Assembly: GCA_002428665.1 (NCBI GenBank)
Contig: DIXK01000061.1
Coordinates: 20,694-84,693 of the forward strand
Length of the DNA stretch: 64,000 nucleotides
Reading direction: 5' to 3'
Origin: Verrucomicrobia subdivision 3 bacterium UBA6082
Lineage (GTDB): Bacteria > Verrucomicrobiota > Verrucomicrobiia > Limisphaerales > UBA8199
The notes under the pieces were generated by a model, which did not search any database, was not told the DNA's origin, and was given only the letters and a program-made list of their open reading frames with translations. This document shows positions 62,038-64,000 of this stretch, one piece after another. A program made the position numbers and the translations under genes. Every line of letters begins with the position of its first letter. The stretch's first letter is position 1.

Positions 62038-64000
62038 ATGAATCCACGCAGAACCAATTTGCTATTGATCGAGGATGACCCCGAAGTCCCGACTCTACTG
62101 GAGGCGCTTCTGGAGCAGGAGGATCTTGACTTGGTCATTGCCAAAGATGGTGAGAGCGGCCTGAACTTGGCGGAGGAAACCAAACCGGACCTAATACTAT
62201 TGGATTTGGGGTTGCCCCGAATGAGTGGCTTCGATGTCCTTAAAGAATTGAAATTTGCCCCCAACACGGAGTCCATTCCCGTTATCGTGCTTACCGCGTC
62301 GAACGGAACGGCAGACAAAATCAAAGGCTTCGAGTTAGGTGCTTCCGATTACCTCACCAAACCTTTCCAGGCTGCCGAATTATTGGCTCGACTCCGTGCA
62401 ACCCTTAAAGCCAAACAGCTTCAGGATGCCCTGAGCCAGGCAAACCGGGAGCTGATGGCAGCCCGGATTTCAGCTGAATCCTCAGCTCGAGCCAGGGGCG
62501 AAATACTGGCGCACATGAGTCACGAGATTCGGACCCCGCTCAATGGAATCGTCGGTATGGCCGGATTGCTGTTCCAAACGAGTCTTTCACCAGACCAGCA
62601 CAGTTATGCGGAGACTATACAGACCAGTAGCGAATCGCTGCTGGCAATAATCAACGACATTTTGGATTTCTCAAAAATAGATTCGGAACGACTGGAACTG
62701 GAAGCGCTGCCGTTGTCGCTTCGCACTTGCCTGGAGGAGGCGATGGACACCGTCGCGGCAAGGGCTGCGGAAAAGGGCCTGGAATTGGTGCTGGAGGTAG
62801 AGACCGGTCTTCCACCAGCGGTCTTGGGTGATATCACCAGACTCCGTCAGGTCTTGCTCAATCTTCTGAGCAACGGAGTAAAATTTACGAAGAAAGGTGA
62901 GATCTTCGTCCGAGTCCGGGCTCTCGCCGGGCCGCCCCGTGGACGCGAACTGATTGATCCTTGGCATTTGCATTTCTCCGTGCAAGACACCGGTATTGGC
63001 ATTCCGGCAGATCGTCTGGCGCGCCTTTTTAAGCCTTTTGGTCAGGCCGACGCCTCTACCTCACGGCAGTTTGGCGGGACGGGACTCGGACTGGTTATCA
63101 GCCGACGTCTGGTTGAATTGATGCAAGGTAAGATGTGGGTCGAGAGCGTCCCGGGCAAGGGCTCCACTTTTCATTTTACGCTGCCTCTGAAGGCTGCAAC
63201 CGCCGACGGCGATTCGAACGTTCAGAGCCATACCCTGCCCCACCCGAAAAACGTTCTGATACTCGTGCCCAACAAGAATCTCTGTCGTGTGCTTGCGGAG
63301 ACTACCACTACCCTGGGGCTCCGCCCACATGCAACCACGGATGCAAAACAGGCGGTGGAATGGCTCCAACAAGGGCCCCATTTTGACCTGGGAATCGTCG
63401 ATTCCACAGACCCCGAGAACGACGGGCTCAAGGTTGCCACGACCTTAAGCACACTGGCCAGACGTGGGCCCCTACCCATCCTCCTGATGACTCCCGTCGG
63501 CACACAGTTTGCACCTGGAGCGCTTGCTAGAGCAGGGGTTTCCTGTCAGTTGGTCAAGCCGGTGAAACTGTCCCATTTGCGCGAAGCCGTGTTGCGCGCG
63601 CTGGCCGATTGCCACCCCCCTGCCCAACTCACGCCGGCGGCTTCCCCCGCAGCAACCAAACTGGCGGTGACCCTGCCTCTGCAGGTGTTGATTTGCGACG
63701 ACAATGTGATAAACCAGAAAGTAGCGGCGCGCCAACTTCAACAACTCGGCTACCAGGCCAACCTGGCGGCTAATGGCATTGAGGCACTGGCTGCGCTGGA
63801 TCGTGACCATTATGACCTGATCCTGATGGACCTGATGATGCCCGAAATGGACGGTTTGAAGGCCACCCGGACGATTCGGGAACGTCAACGAATCACAGCG
63901 TCGGACCACCAAAGAAGGCGGTCGATTGTCATAGTGGCTATGACCGCCAGCGCCATGGAAGGCGACCGGGAGAAATGCCTGGCTGCGGGCATGGATGATT
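62038..64000 (+). CDS. Hybrid histidine kinase, REC-HisKA-HATPase-pseudoREC-REC (3' end outside the window)
   Basis: Not in the supplied ORF track because there is no stop codon in the window. I translated frame 1 from ATG 62038 (in-frame TAG at 61990-61992). It has REC (NLLLIEDDPEV...DLILLDLGLPRMSG...LTKPF), an H-box (HMSHEIRTPLNG), an N-box (LLNLLSNGVKFT), G1 (DTGIGIP) and G2 (GGTGLGL). A receiver-like segment lacking the acidic pocket follows (VLILVPNKN...FDLGIVDS), then a second REC (VLICDDNVINQKV...DLILMDLMMPEMDG...AMTASAMEGD). Confidence 0.85.
   Translation, partial: MNPRRTNLLLIEDDPEVPTLLEALLEQEDLDLVIAKDGESGLNLAEETKPDLILLDLGLPRMSGFDVLKELKFAPNTESIPVIVLTASNGTADKIKGFELGASDYLTKPFQAAELLARLRATLKAKQLQDALSQANRELMAARISAESSARARGEILAHMSHEIRTPLNGIVGMAGLLFQTSLSPDQHSYAETIQTSSESLLAIINDILDFSKIDSERLELEALPLSLRTCLEEAMDTVAARAAEKGLELVLEVETGLPPAVLGDITRLRQVLLNLLSNGVKFTKKGEIFVRVRALAGPPRGRELIDPWHLHFSVQDTGIGIPADRLARLFKPFGQADASTSRQFGGTGLGLVISRRLVELMQGKMWVESVPGKGSTFHFTLPLKAATADGDSNVQSHTLPHPKNVLILVPNKNLCRVLAETTTTLGLRPHATTDAKQAVEWLQQGPHFDLGIVDSTDPENDGLKVATTLSTLARRGPLPILLMTPVGTQFAPGALARAGVSCQLVKPVKLSHLREAVLRALADCHPPAQLTPAASPAATKLAVTLPLQVLICDDNVINQKVAARQLQQLGYQANLAANGIEALAALDRDHYDLILMDLMMPEMDGLKATRTIRERQRITASDHQRRRSIVIVAMTASAMEGDREKCLAAGMDD

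Noticed and set aside
62004-63912. Six minus-strand ORFs (62004-62324, 62604-62837, 62671-62985, 63061-63381, 63222-63503, 63472-63912) are the only track entries in this region.
   Set aside because: The plus strand encodes a continuous, motif-perfect hybrid histidine kinase. These ORFs are its antisense shadows.
1-64000. A scan for CRISPR arrays, tRNA/rRNA/tmRNA-like sequences, IS elements, integrases and long direct or inverted nucleotide repeats.
   Set aside because: I saw no spaced direct repeats, no T-loop/acceptor-stem pattern in any intergenic region of 150 nt or more, and no transposase or integrase-like ORF. The only recurrent nucleotide similarity is the conserved prepilin N-terminal coding segment, near 35590-35640, 36470-36510 and 37440-37490.

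Overview
GC-rich bacterial chromosomal window with no rRNA, tRNA, CRISPR or recognisable IS/transposase. By inference only, the gene content suggests a PVC-superphylum (Verrucomicrobiota-like) genome: an LpxC-FabZ fusion, many A/G-FTLIELL prepilin-type proteins, a DUF2723-TPR giant membrane protein, and multi-kb secreted proteins ending in an 'FYRL'-type module. Layout: (1) 94-6597, minus strand: sugar isomerase-like protein, sugar-binding lipoprotein, lpxA, lpxC-fabZ, uppS, purA. (2) 6956-12761, plus strand: TM2 protein, then ECF sigma, an overlapping anti-sigma-like gene, and a 1444-aa DUF2723/TPR GT-C-like membrane protein. (3) 12809-17473, minus strand: DUF59, a polytopic His-motif membrane protein, tandem DUF2249, and an octaheme cytochrome c-TPR fusion. 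(4) 17641-19870: small membrane protein, FAD oxidoreductase, cutA. (5) 19877-44499, minus strand, is the most unusual region. It is a 13-gene type II secretion / type IV filament-like operon: PilB/GspE-like ATPase, PilT, a second PilB/GspE-like ATPase, a GspF/PilC platform, an embedded BrnT/CopG-type toxin-antitoxin pair, five prepilin-type pseudopilins, a 1279-aa GspK-like protein and a 3080-aa membrane-anchored subtilase/LamG/P-domain/PPC protein. No secretin, GspC/L/M, PilMNOP or prepilin peptidase is visible in the window. (6) 44758-52140: alpha/beta hydrolase, rfbACDB, and a secreted two-repeat protein. (7) 52453-57292: a SahR-like ArsR-methyltransferase regulator divergent from metK-ahcY, then a YecH-like gene that may be leaderless and a zinc-ribbon membrane protein. 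(8) 57593-61742, minus strand: 2-oxoacid dehydrogenase E1alpha/E1beta/E2 followed by nfo. (9) 62038-64000: a REC-first hybrid histidine kinase that runs off the window and is missing from the ORF track. Many long ORFs antisense to real genes are GC-driven shadows. All functional calls come from reading the translations; no database search was run.
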